A stretch of DNA of 64,000 bases from contig JBMOFV010000009.1 in assembly GCA_049318705.1 (NCBI GenBank), positions 31,655 to 95,654 of the forward strand, written 5' to 3'. Source of the stretch: Chitinophagaceae bacterium (GTDB lineage: Bacteria; Bacteroidota; Bacteroidia; Chitinophagales; Chitinophagaceae). Under the pieces are notes generated by a model. The model did no database searches and was not told where the DNA came from. It saw only the letters and a list, made by a program, of their open reading frames with translations. The translations under genes were made by a program, and so were the position numbers. This document shows positions 1 to 9,743 of the stretch, in pieces. How positions within the stretch are numbered: position 1 is the first letter of the stretch; every line of letters begins with the position of its first letter.

Positions 1-2102
1 CCACCATGTGGAATTGCAAAGGTTTTATGCAGATTGAGGTGACAAACGTCTGCGCCAATATTACCGGGGCTGGTAAGTCCAACCTGGGCATTCATGTTCG
101 CACCATCCATATATACTTGTCCGCCATGTTGATGAATGACCTCGCAAATTTCTTTAATCGTTTCTTCAAAAACCCCATGTGTTGAAGGGTAAGTAACCAT
201 CAGTCCGGCCAGGTTTTGCGCATGCTCAAGGGCTTTGGCTTTCAGGTCGTTGACATCAATATTTCCTTTATCATCACAAGCAACAATCACAATTTTGTAA
301 CCACACATGGCGGCACTGGCCGGGTTAGTACCATGTGCTGAAATAGGAATCAAAATCACATTGCGGTGATGATCTCCGCGGCTTTCATGATAGGCTTTGA
401 TGACGAGTAATCCGGCATATTCACCTTGCGCACCGCTGTTGGGTTGAAGGCTGCAGGCATCGAATCCGGTAATGGCACAAAGATCTTTTTCCAATTCGGC
501 AATCATTTGCTGATAACCTTTCCATTGGTGTTTTGGCGCAAATGGATGTAAGGAACCCCAATGAACCTGACTGACAGGAATCATTTCTGAAGCTGCATTT
601 AATTTCATGGTACAACTACCCAAAGAAATCATGGAACGATTCAGAGCAAGGTCCTTGTCTTCCAATGACTTCAAATAGCGCATCATTTTACTTTCGCTGT
701 GATGCGTATTAAATACAGGGTGACTCAGGTATTCTGATGTGCGTGTGGCCCAATCCGGGATATTGTTTAAAGCATCAGCGAACTGAATACTTCCGGCATT
801 CAGTTGTTTTGCAAGGGCTTCAATATGCTCCGGTAATATGGTTTCATCCAAATTAATTCCGATATGTTGTTGGTCAAATACAAATACATTGAATCCGGCT
901 TCTTCCAAACTTTTACGACTTGCCACAGCATCAGCAACATGAACTTTGAGGGTGTCGAAATAAAGTGCGTGCACATTTTGCTGCCCCAATGCATCTGCGA
1001 GTGCTTTGGTGTATAGAGAAACTCTTTTAGCCATATCGCGCAAGCCATTCGGGCCATGGTACACGGCATACATTGCTGCAATATTCGATAACAATGCCTG
1101 TGCCGTACAAATATTGGAGGTGGCTTTTTCGCGTCGGATATGTTGCTCGCGGGTTTGTAAAGCCATGCGCAAACAACGTTCACCTTGAGCATCCACACTC
1201 ACTCCAATGATACGACCGGGTATGACCCTTTTGTATTCATCTTTGGTAGCAAAATATGCGGCATGTGGTCCGCCGAAACCCATAGGAACTCCAAAACGTT
1301 GTGTGGAACCAATGGCAATATCGGCGCCTAATTCGCCGGGAGGGGTTAATAATGTCAAAGCCAAAATATCGCAAGCCATCACCACGCCACAATCAACAGC
1401 ATGCGCCTGATTGATAAAGGAACGATAGTCGCAAATTTGCCCTTCAGCATTCGGGTATTGAATCAAGGCCCCGAAATAGGTTTCATCTAATTGAACTTGT
1501 GCATAATCGCCAAATACCAATTCGACACCGACAGGGGTGGCACGTGTTTTTAATACATCCGTGGTTTGAGCGAAAACCAGATTGTCCACAAAAAAGCGAT
1601 GTTTGCCATCTTTGCCTTTACTACCATTCAGGAGGGTCATAGCCTCGGCGGCCGCGGTAGCTTCGTCGAGTAGAGAAGCATTGGCAATAGGGAGGGCGGT
1701 CAGGTCACTTACCATGGTTTGGAAGTTGAGCAAACTTTCCAGGCGGCCTTGTGCAATTTCGGCCTGATAAGGTGTATATTGGGTATACCATCCCGGGTTT
1801 TCAAATAAATTTCGCAAAATGACGCTGGGGGTAATGGTACCATAATAACCCTGACCGATACAATCTTTCAGGAGGGTGTTTTGCTGTCCCAACAAAGTGA
1901 TGTGACGCAGGTACTCGAACTCGCTCATGGGGGCGTCTATGTTCAATTCGGATTGTAAGCGAATCGATGCCGGAACGGTTTTTTGGATGAGCTCGTCCAT
2001 GCTATTACAGCCGATGGAACGCAGCATTTCAGAAGTTTCCGAATCATTGGGTCCAATATGACGTCCAATGAATTCGTGTTGTTGTTGGGAACGTAAATGC
2101 AT
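1..2102 (-). CDS. gcvP: Glycine dehydrogenase (decarboxylating), glycine cleavage system P protein; N-terminal ~700 codons, C-terminus lies beyond the left window edge
   Basis: Absent from the ORF track because it is open at the window edge. Hand translation of the minus strand from the ATG at 2102-2100 gives MHLRSQQQHEFIGRHIGPNDSETSEMLRSIG...NPGWYTQYTPYQAEIAQGRLESLLNFQTMVSDLTALPIANASLLDEATAAAEAM. Bases 1-60 read ...GADVCHLNLHKTFAIPHGG. Both are hallmark GcvP blocks. Confidence 0.9.
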   Translation of the reverse strand, partial: MHLRSQQQHEFIGRHIGPNDSETSEMLRSIGCNSMDELIQKTVPASIRLQSELNIDAPMSEFEYLRHITLLGQQNTLLKDCIGQGYYGTITPSVILRNLFENPGWYTQYTPYQAEIAQGRLESLLNFQTMVSDLTALPIANASLLDEATAAAEAMTLLNGSKGKDGKHRFFVDNLVFAQTTDVLKTRATPVGVELVFGDYAQVQLDETYFGALIQYPNAEGQICDYRSFINQAHAVDCGVVMACDILALTLLTPPGELGADIAIGSTQRFGVPMGFGGPHAAYFATKDEYKRVIPGRIIGVSVDAQGERCLRMALQTREQHIRREKATSNICTAQALLSNIAAMYAVYHGPNGLRDMAKRVSLYTKALADALGQQNVHALYFDTLKVHVADAVASRKSLEEAGFNVFVFDQQHIGINLDETILPEHIEALAKQLNAGSIQFADALNNIPDWATRTSEYLSHPVFNTHHSESKMMRYLKSLEDKDLALNRSMISLGSCTMKLNAASEMIPVSQVHWGSLHPFAPKHQWKGYQQMIAELEKDLCAITGFDACSLQPNSGAQGEYAGLLVIKAYHESRGDHHRNVILIPISAHGTNPASAAMCGYKIVIVACDDKGNIDVNDLKAKALEHAQNLAGLMVTYPSTHGVFEETIKEICEVIHQHGGQVYMDGANMNAQVGLTSPGNIGADVCHLNLHKTFAIPHG

Positions 2103-2134
2103 CTTGAGAAATTTATCAGATTTTAAAATGGATG

Positions 2135-2142
2135 CAAATTTA
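2135..2142 (-). promoter_or_regulatory. Candidate -7 promoter box upstream of gcvP
   Basis: The minus strand reads TAAATTTG, an exact match to the Bacteroidota TAnnTTTG -7 consensus, 32 nt upstream of the gcvP ATG. I saw no correctly spaced -33 TTTG. Confidence 0.3.
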
Positions 2143-2192
2143 CAAATCCCTGAGGATAGGCGGGTATATTTTTGTCAAATACCGAATCGGGG

Positions 2193-2960
2193 TTATTGGA
2201 ATTTAAAGGGATGCATGATTCCTTTGTAAGCCAACAGGTCGACTTTGAGCGAACCGAAGAGGATTTCGGCCTTTGCCCGGATGGGGATATGATTTTCATC
2301 ATCTGAAAGCCAAACCACCATATCTTCTTCTTTTTTGAAAATGCGACCTTTTTGTAATACCGGCACAAATTTGAGACAGCGTATTTTTCCCCAGGTGGAC
2401 TTAATCATTTCGCGACCTTTGAACTTAATTTTTAAATCATACATTTCGCCATCGACGATGGTGGGCACCGTGAAAATTTGACCTTCACGAGCACTTCCCA
2501 GATCATAAGTTCTGGCCAGAAAAAAGCCGGAAAGCATATCCTGTGTGCCGGGTTTAATGCTGACGGTTTTGCCATTGGCGCTCACCGTATTTTTATAGTG
2601 GTTAAATACATAGTCCTGTGCCATTCGAAAACCCCCTTCGTCGATTCGTCGACCAAAAAACCAGGGTAGGAGGGCTTGATCATCGATATAGGTTTCATAT
2701 CGATCGCGCACCTTAAAAAAGAAATCGAAGGTGCCTTTGGATTTTCCGATTCCAACGACATGCATCGTGTTGCGGTCGCCAAATTTTTTATTTTCGGGAA
2801 GGATTTCAATCGTTGCGACGACTGCATCGATGAAACCATAATGGATCCGGTAAGTGAGTTTTTCACCTCTTTGGAAAGCATTGTTCCGAACGGTAGGTAA
2901 TTGTGCATGAATAGTCTGTATGCTTAAGATAAAAATTACCGACAAGAAGAGATTACGCAT
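2193..2960 (-). CDS. DUF3108 domain-containing secreted protein
   Basis: 255-aa ORF with signal peptide MRNLFLSVIFILSIQTIHAQ. Overall pattern (GEKLTYRIHYGFIDA...VVGIGKSKGTFDFFFKVRDRYETYID...KIKFKGRE...WLSDDENHIPIRAKAEILFGSLKVDL) is typical of Bacteroidota DUF3108 proteins. Confidence 0.7.
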   Translation of the reverse strand: MRNLFLSVIFILSIQTIHAQLPTVRNNAFQRGEKLTYRIHYGFIDAVVATIEILPENKKFGDRNTMHVVGIGKSKGTFDFFFKVRDRYETYIDDQALLPWFFGRRIDEGGFRMAQDYVFNHYKNTVSANGKTVSIKPGTQDMLSGFFLARTYDLGSAREGQIFTVPTIVDGEMYDLKIKFKGREMIKSTWGKIRCLKFVPVLQKGRIFKKEEDMVVWLSDDENHIPIRAKAEILFGSLKVDLLAYKGIMHPFKFQ

Positions 2961-2996
2961 GATGTGTTTTTTTCAGAACAAATATATCTGAAATAA

Positions 2997-4175
2997 TTAC
3001 CCCGCTTCATGCGGATGCTTGAATTGACTCTTTTTTAAGTTAATGAGATTAAAACGATGTCGGTAACTAAAATAGAGACCATAGCTATATTCAAGATATT
3101 GGCCCTTCATATCAAAAAAAGGTTCGAATCGTAAATCCACAAAGAATCCGGGCAAGACTTTTTTCTGATAAAAGGCTCTGATAAAAAGTAGCTCGCGTTC
3201 TTGATGATACACAGGCGATTTTGCGGTTTCATCTGAAGCCGATTGATAGAACCATGCACCTTTGTCGGAAAGGTAGTTTTGTGATTGCCAGTAGTTGAGG
3301 CTCAATCCGATGCCCCACTTACTGAGTAAACCGGCATTGATCATCAATCCATTTCCTGAGGCGCTGCTCAGTGTTTTTGTGGGCGATAAATCTCTGAAAA
3401 GGACTCCATAAAATTCAGCCTTCATTTCTCGAATAATTCCATAAAAGTTATGTTGGTATTTGAGTCCGGCTGCAGCATTGAGTAATGTTTGTAAAGGGGT
3501 TGTATCGATATCCAATTGGCCTCCGCGATGAGTAATCATACCTTGCCACAATAAATGAACAGACTGCCTTCGATTTGCAAGTATTTTAGCGGAAGATGAA
3601 TGGCCTGCCGTAAAACGTTCTTGGTAATCAGAACCCTTGTATTGCATTCGATCCCAACTAATCCATGTATCAGACCAAAGTCGGGAACTCCATTTTTTAA
3701 CCTGTAAACCCATTTCATTATAGTGCGTTATGAAACGCTCATAATCCAGCAAGGGTTCTATTAATCGATGTCCGACTTGTGCTTCGATGTTTCCAAACAA
3801 GATCGCATACTTACCTTTTTGGTATTTGATATTGAAACGTGGTACGACTTCCTGTATGCCGGCATTACCAAAATCTTTTTTTAAAAACAATCCACCAGTC
3901 ACGGATAAATTCGGATGTGCTTCATATTCTAATTCTGTCTGCAACATCGTTCCGAACAAGGTATAACCCTGAGCCATTTCCTGAAAAAATTCATTATTCC
4001 TGAAAAAGGAATGTGAAGCCAATTTGAGGGAAATACGTTCCTGAAAGCTTCGGCTGGTATCGGGGAAATGTTCTTCAAGTGCACTTTGGTCTAACTGCGC
4101 AAAGGTGTTAAAAGGACCCAACAATAAAAGGCCGAGCATGCCAATCAGAAGCCGATTTCTTGATACATTCAACAT
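2997..4175 (-). CDS. Hypothetical outer-membrane beta-barrel-like protein
   Basis: The ORF extends to 4283, but the internal ATG at 4175 gives a clean signal peptide MLNVSRNRLLIGMLGLLLLGPFNTFAQ. The body has alternating aromatic/hydrophilic beta-strand-like segments and a C-terminal aromatic-rich end. No family recognised. Confidence 0.55.
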   Translation of the reverse strand: MLNVSRNRLLIGMLGLLLLGPFNTFAQLDQSALEEHFPDTSRSFQERISLKLASHSFFRNNEFFQEMAQGYTLFGTMLQTELEYEAHPNLSVTGGLFLKKDFGNAGIQEVVPRFNIKYQKGKYAILFGNIEAQVGHRLIEPLLDYERFITHYNEMGLQVKKWSSRLWSDTWISWDRMQYKGSDYQERFTAGHSSSAKILANRRQSVHLLWQGMITHRGGQLDIDTTPLQTLLNAAAGLKYQHNFYGIIREMKAEFYGVLFRDLSPTKTLSSASGNGLMINAGLLSKWGIGLSLNYWQSQNYLSDKGAWFYQSASDETAKSPVYHQERELLFIRAFYQKKVLPGFFVDLRFEPFFDMKGQYLEYSYGLYFSYRHRFNLINLKKSQFKHPHEAG

Positions 4176-4361
4176 TGAATGGAAAGGGCGTTTCTGATGA
4201 AGCTCATTCGCTAAAACAATGTTGAGTTTAGAGGAGCAAGATAGAACGCAGCATGAATCCATGGTGTGAAAGCTTTCATTCATCTGTCAAATGTAATGAG
4301 ACCCTTGCAAAACTACCCATTCTATCCTGAAATAGATATTTACAAACAATGACAGCAACCA

Positions 4362-7300
4362 TTAAGCATTCGCCAGCAACAAGGATTTTAAATCTTCGTT
4401 GATGGATAGAATTTCGGTGGCGATTTCTTCCTGATTCAGAATGAGTGCAAAAGCAGCCAGGGTTTCAAAAAATTCAGACTCAGTTTTTTTCTTATTGGTA
4501 TCTCCGGCATGCACCCAAATGGCACGATATTCATCTTTCACCATCTTTAGGATTTTTTTACGCTGCGTTTCTTCGGAAATCAGGTAGAGACAGAGATAAG
4601 CATTTGCTTTGGATACCATGTCCCAATAGTTTCGGTCACCGCTCGATATTCTATCATCAATGGTGTCGATATGGTTCTGGAGCTTATCGAGAATTTGTTG
4701 CCGTTCGGGTAAGGTATATTTGAAACTTTCATCATTCACCGTGAAACTTACTTTTTCACCCCAAGCCCTGTCCAGAATAAATTGTTCCAAAGTGATCCAA
4801 TTACAAAAACTGTACATATCCATTTCGCTGCCCTTAGCCGCATACGCCAGTTGATAATAACCGGCACTTATTTTGAGGTAATGATTAAATTGATGAGGTT
4901 CAATGATGGCCCATTTTTTATACGCACTACCCAGTAAAGCATATCGTTCCGATGTCTTATTAAGTTGTTGCATCAAATTGATTTTGTGAACAATGCCGCT
5001 GATTTTTGCGCCCATTTGTGTGGCTTCCTCGGAGCCCGGTGCGATGCTGTTATCCAGAAAATTCGACAAAATATGTTTACAAGAAATATTGCAATATTTT
5101 TCGATCGACTTCACATTAAATGTGGCTTTTTCGAGCGTAAATAATTTTTCATATTTCGGAATTGCAATATCGAAGCGGTTAAATTCGGAATAGGCGTAAG
5201 CTTCTTGTTCAAGAATGTCGGCGTCGTCGATATCGCTTTTTTCGATGCGTTTAGAAATTAATTCCAGTTCTTTATATAAGCCATCAGTGTTGTAAAAATC
5301 AATATCTGCTTTGCTGAGTAAATTGACAATGTCGTTTTTTGCCTCTTGTGGAATATCGTATTCGATCACGATATTTGCAGAAGGCTTTTTGTCTTGTACC
5401 AAGCGGTAAAAAGGATCGCCATAACATTGGTATGCGCCCCAGGTATTGGTATATTTAAATTTATTGAAGGTTTCTTTTCGGGCATTGCGAACCGAGGTGC
5501 CAAAATCGTCACCGGCTAACATACTTTCGTAAAACACATTGGCAAACTCAAGGGCTGCCTGGTCATCAACTGCCCAGCCAGTAACCACTACCGCTTTGAC
5601 GCCCATTTCGATCAACTGGGTGCCGATATTGGCAGCCAGTCGTGTACGATGCCGGCTGAATTCCTCAGCTTGTTGGTCCATGGTGCCTGAAAAACAACAA
5701 TTGATAAAGACCATTTCCGGAGTCACCTGCATTTGATTAAATTCATTGGTGGTGAGCAACAAAGGTTTTTCTTTTTTACCATCCATATACTTACCAATCA
5801 AAATACCGGATTCCTGGTTGTTTTCTGCATCAAAAATACCGTGTGCAGATATATGAACAACCTTATAATCACTTACATGTAATGCTTTGATGATTTCGCT
5901 GCTTTTGCCAAAAATGATGGGTTTCGGGATATTGGGGATTTCTTTTTTAAGCTTTAGATAAACGGATTCAGCTTCGCGGGCCGCTCCCGATAATTGCTGG
6001 GCAGCACTAAATCCTTCCAGGTCCGGATCGCCAATGATGAGTACTTGATTTCCTTTGGAAGAATAAACCACATTGCGGTAATCCATGGTTGCGAGTTGTC
6101 GGATCATTTTTGAACTGACACACAAGGGTTTGTTCTTATCGAGCGAGGCTTGTAATAATTCCCAGGGATAGGTAGCTGTGTATTTATCCAACACCCATAG
6201 AATGCTGTTTCGGCTACTGATGTTTTCTTTAAAATCGTTGGGGATGAGCATCTCGAAAATCACCTTCGATTCTTCCGGTGTCCATTTTTCCTGGGTGGAT
6301 ATTTTATCAATGATTTCTTCCAGTAAATGAATATTGCTTCGGAGGTCCTGCCTTTCTTCTCTTGCGCTTGCTGTCGAAGAATAGAATGAAAGATATCTGT
6401 AATTGCTGTCTCCTTCTTTTTGTTGATTTAATACGGTGAGTCGTTGCCACCATTCCGTACTACTTTCTGATGTAAGTCTGTTTCGGTTGCCATACGATTT
6501 ACGTAGTTTTCTTTCCATCCATTCAACGGCGAGTCCTTCAAAGTTTTGTTTGGATATACGGTCTAATGTTTGAAAACACTGAATAGCTTTATCATCATAC
6601 AACTCTACAAATTCAACATGTTCGATTGGGCGAATATTTTGTCCTTGTAATTGCAAGGTTTTAGCGTTGGCATTGGCTATACCTTGTAAAATACCCATGC
6701 AGGAACTTTCGATGGTTAATTTGCCATAACCGGCGCCAATGATCAGCACCGAAATACCCTTTACCTTTTTCTTTTGTGAATCTGCTTCCTGACGATTGAG
6801 TAAATAACTGATACAAGCTTTCTCGACAGAGATGGATAGATGTTGTTGGCTAAATCGCTCGATTTCGCCCAGTCCGATAATGATTGCTCCTTTAAACGAA
6901 GCTTCATGCGCATTTGGTGTAATAAAAAAATCATAAGTGCCTACAGGTCCGGGATAAACGCCCAGTCGGTGTTTGACGGACATCGCCCTTTTTAAATAGA
7001 TATCTGCAGCATACTCTGCATTGAGGATTCCATCCCGGTTAAAATGTCCGAGTATGATGGGGTATCGACTATATTTTAAATCGCCCCTTGTAACACTCAC
7101 TTTGAGTGGGGCCAACATGGCTTCTTCTTTTTTGACTTCTGTCGGAAGGCCTAAAATTCCGAGTATACCGTTCTCTTCATCGCTTTCAAACACACGGGTA
7201 TCATTCAGCACAAACTGCCGTTTTTTCGCAGGTATCAGTTCTGGTTTTCGAACGAATTGATTGGTTGTTCCGGTATGGAGCAAATCACGAATCCCTTTAA

Positions 7301-9743
7301 ATAAACTGTTGTCATTGGCCAGTCCACCATGTGTAACTGCCGTAAAATATAAAGCAGTATCCCGGTTGATATTTTCCGGAATACCAGTAGCCCATGTTAC
7401 ACTTTGGTCACCTTCGGCCGTGCCTGTAAATTGTAATTCCCCTTTGTGGGTGATGTTAAATCCATTGGGGGTATTATCGTCCTTGCCTGCAACATAAATA
7501 ACATTTGAAAAATCAATTTTGTGGGCATTACTCTGAACGAAAGAGCGGAAGGTTGCAAATTCATTCAGGGTTTTTTCGTCAGGCATATTCCACTGCAATC
7601 CACTCGCCTGCTGAAACTGTCGCCATGTTTCGGCTTTACTGAAGTCGTGAGAATCTTTATTGACCGGCATTAAATTTAACAAGCCCGGATATTTGGCAAA
7701 CATATTGATGAGTTCATCGATGTGATGTTGGAAATCAATCTTGCCCAATAACTTCACCATGCTGTCTTTGCCCGAAAGCACATAAGGAATTCGATATGAA
7801 CCCATCCATGGCGTGCCCAACATGATAAAGCGGAATTGAGGACGTTTATTGAGATCCTTCCAGAGCTGAGGATTTCTGAAAATAAAATCACGGGCAACCA
7901 ATCCACCCATACTATGTGCGATGATATGAACGGTTTGATTGTGTTTGCTCAATCGTTGCATCACCTGATCCAATCGGACACCTGCTTGTGCAACTGATTT
8001 GCGCCAGTCGTAGGGGAAGGTAACCACATCATAAGTATCGCTGAGATAGTCGGTGAGTTTTTTGTAGGATGTTTTAATCAGGCCGGTTGCTTCGATGTTT
8101 TTTTCATTGATGTCTAGTTGACTTAAATCGCCCATCATCATTCTGAGATAATGTAACCAAATCAAACTGTTATTTTTTTCAAGTGCTGAGCCCACGATAC
8201 CCGGTATCAGCACGATAATAGGTTTTTTGCCACTTACTTGGTCGTTGAAAATGCGACCATATTCAATGCCTAAAATTCCCCGTACACTTTCATCGGCGCT
8301 GCCCCGTCGGTATTCTGCAAAGGATGGGATGAGTTCGGTTTTAGCATTGAGCGCTGCAGCAATGGCGTCTTGTGTTTTTTTATTCTTAAAGTAGCTAAAA
8401 TGATTGACATCCGTTCCTTCATCAAAAAAATATTGCACCGGATTTTGTCGCATCAATCCCAGATACATGGAATTGGTATTGACGATTAGATCATTCTTGG
8501 CCTGAAATAACATTTTAGAAAGCAAGACACTTAATCCACCCAGGCTGATACTCAATGCGCCATTGCCCGAAATGACCGCAATACGGTTTTGGAAAAGGCC
8601 GTAAGGGTTTTCGGAGGTCATTTCGCCGGGGCTGCGGAGTACTTTAATGAATAAAGATTCCGGGTTCATGGATTCCAATCCGGGGAGCACATCTGTTTCA
8701 TTTTTGCTGTTTACGATTTCTGCAATCATTTCTTTGCAGATACTGACAAGCGGCGAAGCCTTACTGCCAAAAGGAATGCTTAGAACATTGATGAGTACAT
8801 TAAAATAGTTTTCGATGCGTTGACCCATGAGTGATGTTCCACCGGCGGGACAAGCAACCCGTACAAATTTACCAATCTGAATTTTTTTCTTTTTCAGGGA
8901 TTGGCGAATGGCCCTTACATGATCGGCATCCGCTTTGGCATGTTGTCGCTCGAGTAAACTCAATACGGTATCGGTAAATCCTTCCTGATATTCGCTGAAA
9001 CGCACCAATAATTCTCCAACCAAACCGCCACGAGAGTGTGAAATCAAATCAAGTTTTGTGTTGGTGGGAAGTGCATCAATGAGTTCGCGAACATTTTGAA
9101 TCGGACTTTTTGTAAGTGTTTCATGTTGAAAGCCCAGAATGCGATCGCCATAAATGGATAACATTTGCATCCATAAACTTTTATTTTCAGTATTGAGCTC
9201 TACAAATGAACCGGTCGTAGAAGATCCGGTGCCATGTAAAAACAACAGATAAGGCTGATCACTTTCTTTTTTAATATATTTTGATTTGAGTTCAAAGTTT
9301 TCGTTGATCCAATACAATCCACTTTGACCTTCCAATGATTTTTCTTCGAATCGGGTTGCCAAGGTTTTAACACCTACTTGAATGGCTTTTTTGGCAAAAA
9401 CATTGATGACTTTCAGTGCAATTTTTTTGATGATGCCTCTGCTTTGATCATCGCTTTCGATACTCAAAGGCACATCAAATAAGTCGTTGATGCCTCTTTT
9501 GCCGGCGGCTTGTTCGGGGAAAACGTCATCAAAAACATCACTGTTGCCAAACCAGGTTGTATTGTCGTCAAAAACGAGTTCAACCATTTTGTTGGGGTCC
9601 ATTTCGATTTGTACTTCCTGAGAACTACTTCGATTATTGCTGATGATGTATGATTGCACCAATTCTAATCCTTCAGGGGCATTGCTCTCAATGAGGGATG
9701 TTTCTTTGGCGTAAAATCGGATTTTGCGGTTTGTGGTTTGCAT
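4362..9743 (-). CDS. Giant multidomain protein: N-terminal region + alpha/beta-hydrolase (SHSRG elbow) + LCAT/PGAP1-like lipase module (FPYDWR, AHSMGG) + possible macro/LAP-N-like module + CHAT caspase-like protease (HISAHG, FINCCFSG) + C-terminal helical repeat domain
   Basis: Single uninterrupted 1793-codon ORF with no signal peptide. Motifs, with codon coordinates checked against the DNA: LFLHGTGSS at aa 166-174; LISHSRGG with Ser237 at 9033-9035; PIIVLIPGIVGS at aa 508-519; FPYDWR at aa 576-581; IIAHSMGG with Ser611 at 7911-7913; VVHISAHG with His1301 at 5841-5843; VFINCCFSG with Cys1350 at 5694-5696. Confidence 0.8.
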   Translation of the reverse strand: MQTTNRKIRFYAKETSLIESNAPEGLELVQSYIISNNRSSSQEVQIEMDPNKMVELVFDDNTTWFGNSDVFDDVFPEQAAGKRGINDLFDVPLSIESDDQSRGIIKKIALKVINVFAKKAIQVGVKTLATRFEEKSLEGQSGLYWINENFELKSKYIKKESDQPYLLFLHGTGSSTTGSFVELNTENKSLWMQMLSIYGDRILGFQHETLTKSPIQNVRELIDALPTNTKLDLISHSRGGLVGELLVRFSEYQEGFTDTVLSLLERQHAKADADHVRAIRQSLKKKKIQIGKFVRVACPAGGTSLMGQRIENYFNVLINVLSIPFGSKASPLVSICKEMIAEIVNSKNETDVLPGLESMNPESLFIKVLRSPGEMTSENPYGLFQNRIAVISGNGALSISLGGLSVLLSKMLFQAKNDLIVNTNSMYLGLMRQNPVQYFFDEGTDVNHFSYFKNKKTQDAIAAALNAKTELIPSFAEYRRGSADESVRGILGIEYGRIFNDQVSGKKPIIVLIPGIVGSALEKNNSLIWLHYLRMMMGDLSQLDINEKNIEATGLIKTSYKKLTDYLSDTYDVVTFPYDWRKSVAQAGVRLDQVMQRLSKHNQTVHIIAHSMGGLVARDFIFRNPQLWKDLNKRPQFRFIMLGTPWMGSYRIPYVLSGKDSMVKLLGKIDFQHHIDELINMFAKYPGLLNLMPVNKDSHDFSKAETWRQFQQASGLQWNMPDEKTLNEFATFRSFVQSNAHKIDFSNVIYVAGKDDNTPNGFNITHKGELQFTGTAEGDQSVTWATGIPENINRDTALYFTAVTHGGLANDNSLFKGIRDLLHTGTTNQFVRKPELIPAKKRQFVLNDTRVFESDEENGILGILGLPTEVKKEEAMLAPLKVSVTRGDLKYSRYPIILGHFNRDGILNAEYAADIYLKRAMSVKHRLGVYPGPVGTYDFFITPNAHEASFKGAIIIGLGEIERFSQQHLSISVEKACISYLLNRQEADSQKKKVKGISVLIIGAGYGKLTIESSCMGILQGIANANAKTLQLQGQNIRPIEHVEFVELYDDKAIQCFQTLDRISKQNFEGLAVEWMERKLRKSYGNRNRLTSESSTEWWQRLTVLNQQKEGDSNYRYLSFYSSTASAREERQDLRSNIHLLEEIIDKISTQEKWTPEESKVIFEMLIPNDFKENISSRNSILWVLDKYTATYPWELLQASLDKNKPLCVSSKMIRQLATMDYRNVVYSSKGNQVLIIGDPDLEGFSAAQQLSGAAREAESVYLKLKKEIPNIPKPIIFGKSSEIIKALHVSDYKVVHISAHGIFDAENNQESGILIGKYMDGKKEKPLLLTTNEFNQMQVTPEMVFINCCFSGTMDQQAEEFSRHRTRLAANIGTQLIEMGVKAVVVTGWAVDDQAALEFANVFYESMLAGDDFGTSVRNARKETFNKFKYTNTWGAYQCYGDPFYRLVQDKKPSANIVIEYDIPQEAKNDIVNLLSKADIDFYNTDGLYKELELISKRIEKSDIDDADILEQEAYAYSEFNRFDIAIPKYEKLFTLEKATFNVKSIEKYCNISCKHILSNFLDNSIAPGSEEATQMGAKISGIVHKINLMQQLNKTSERYALLGSAYKKWAIIEPHQFNHYLKISAGYYQLAYAAKGSEMDMYSFCNWITLEQFILDRAWGEKVSFTVNDESFKYTLPERQQILDKLQNHIDTIDDRISSGDRNYWDMVSKANAYLCLYLISEETQRKKILKMVKDEYRAIWVHAGDTNKKKTESEFFETLAAFALILNQEEIATEILSINEDLKSLLLANA

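Noticed and set aside
2103-2192. Possible glycine riboswitch upstream of gcvP
   Set aside because: Only 90 nt separate the upstream stop from the gcvP ATG, and a -7 box lies 32 nt from the start. There is no room for a glycine aptamer (roughly 100 nt or more) and no conserved aptamer core is visible.
4176-4283. N-terminal 36-codon extension of the beta-barrel-like ORF (MNESFHTMDSCCVLSCSS...)
   Set aside because: The extension is Cys-rich and precedes a clean signal peptide that starts at the internal Met, so the shorter start at 4175 is more plausible.
6717-6737. GAGYGKL in the giant protein as a possible Walker A P-loop
   Set aside because: It does not fit GxxxxGK[ST]: the first Gly position is Ile and Lys is followed by Leu. 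No Walker B follows, so the protein has no evident NTPase module.
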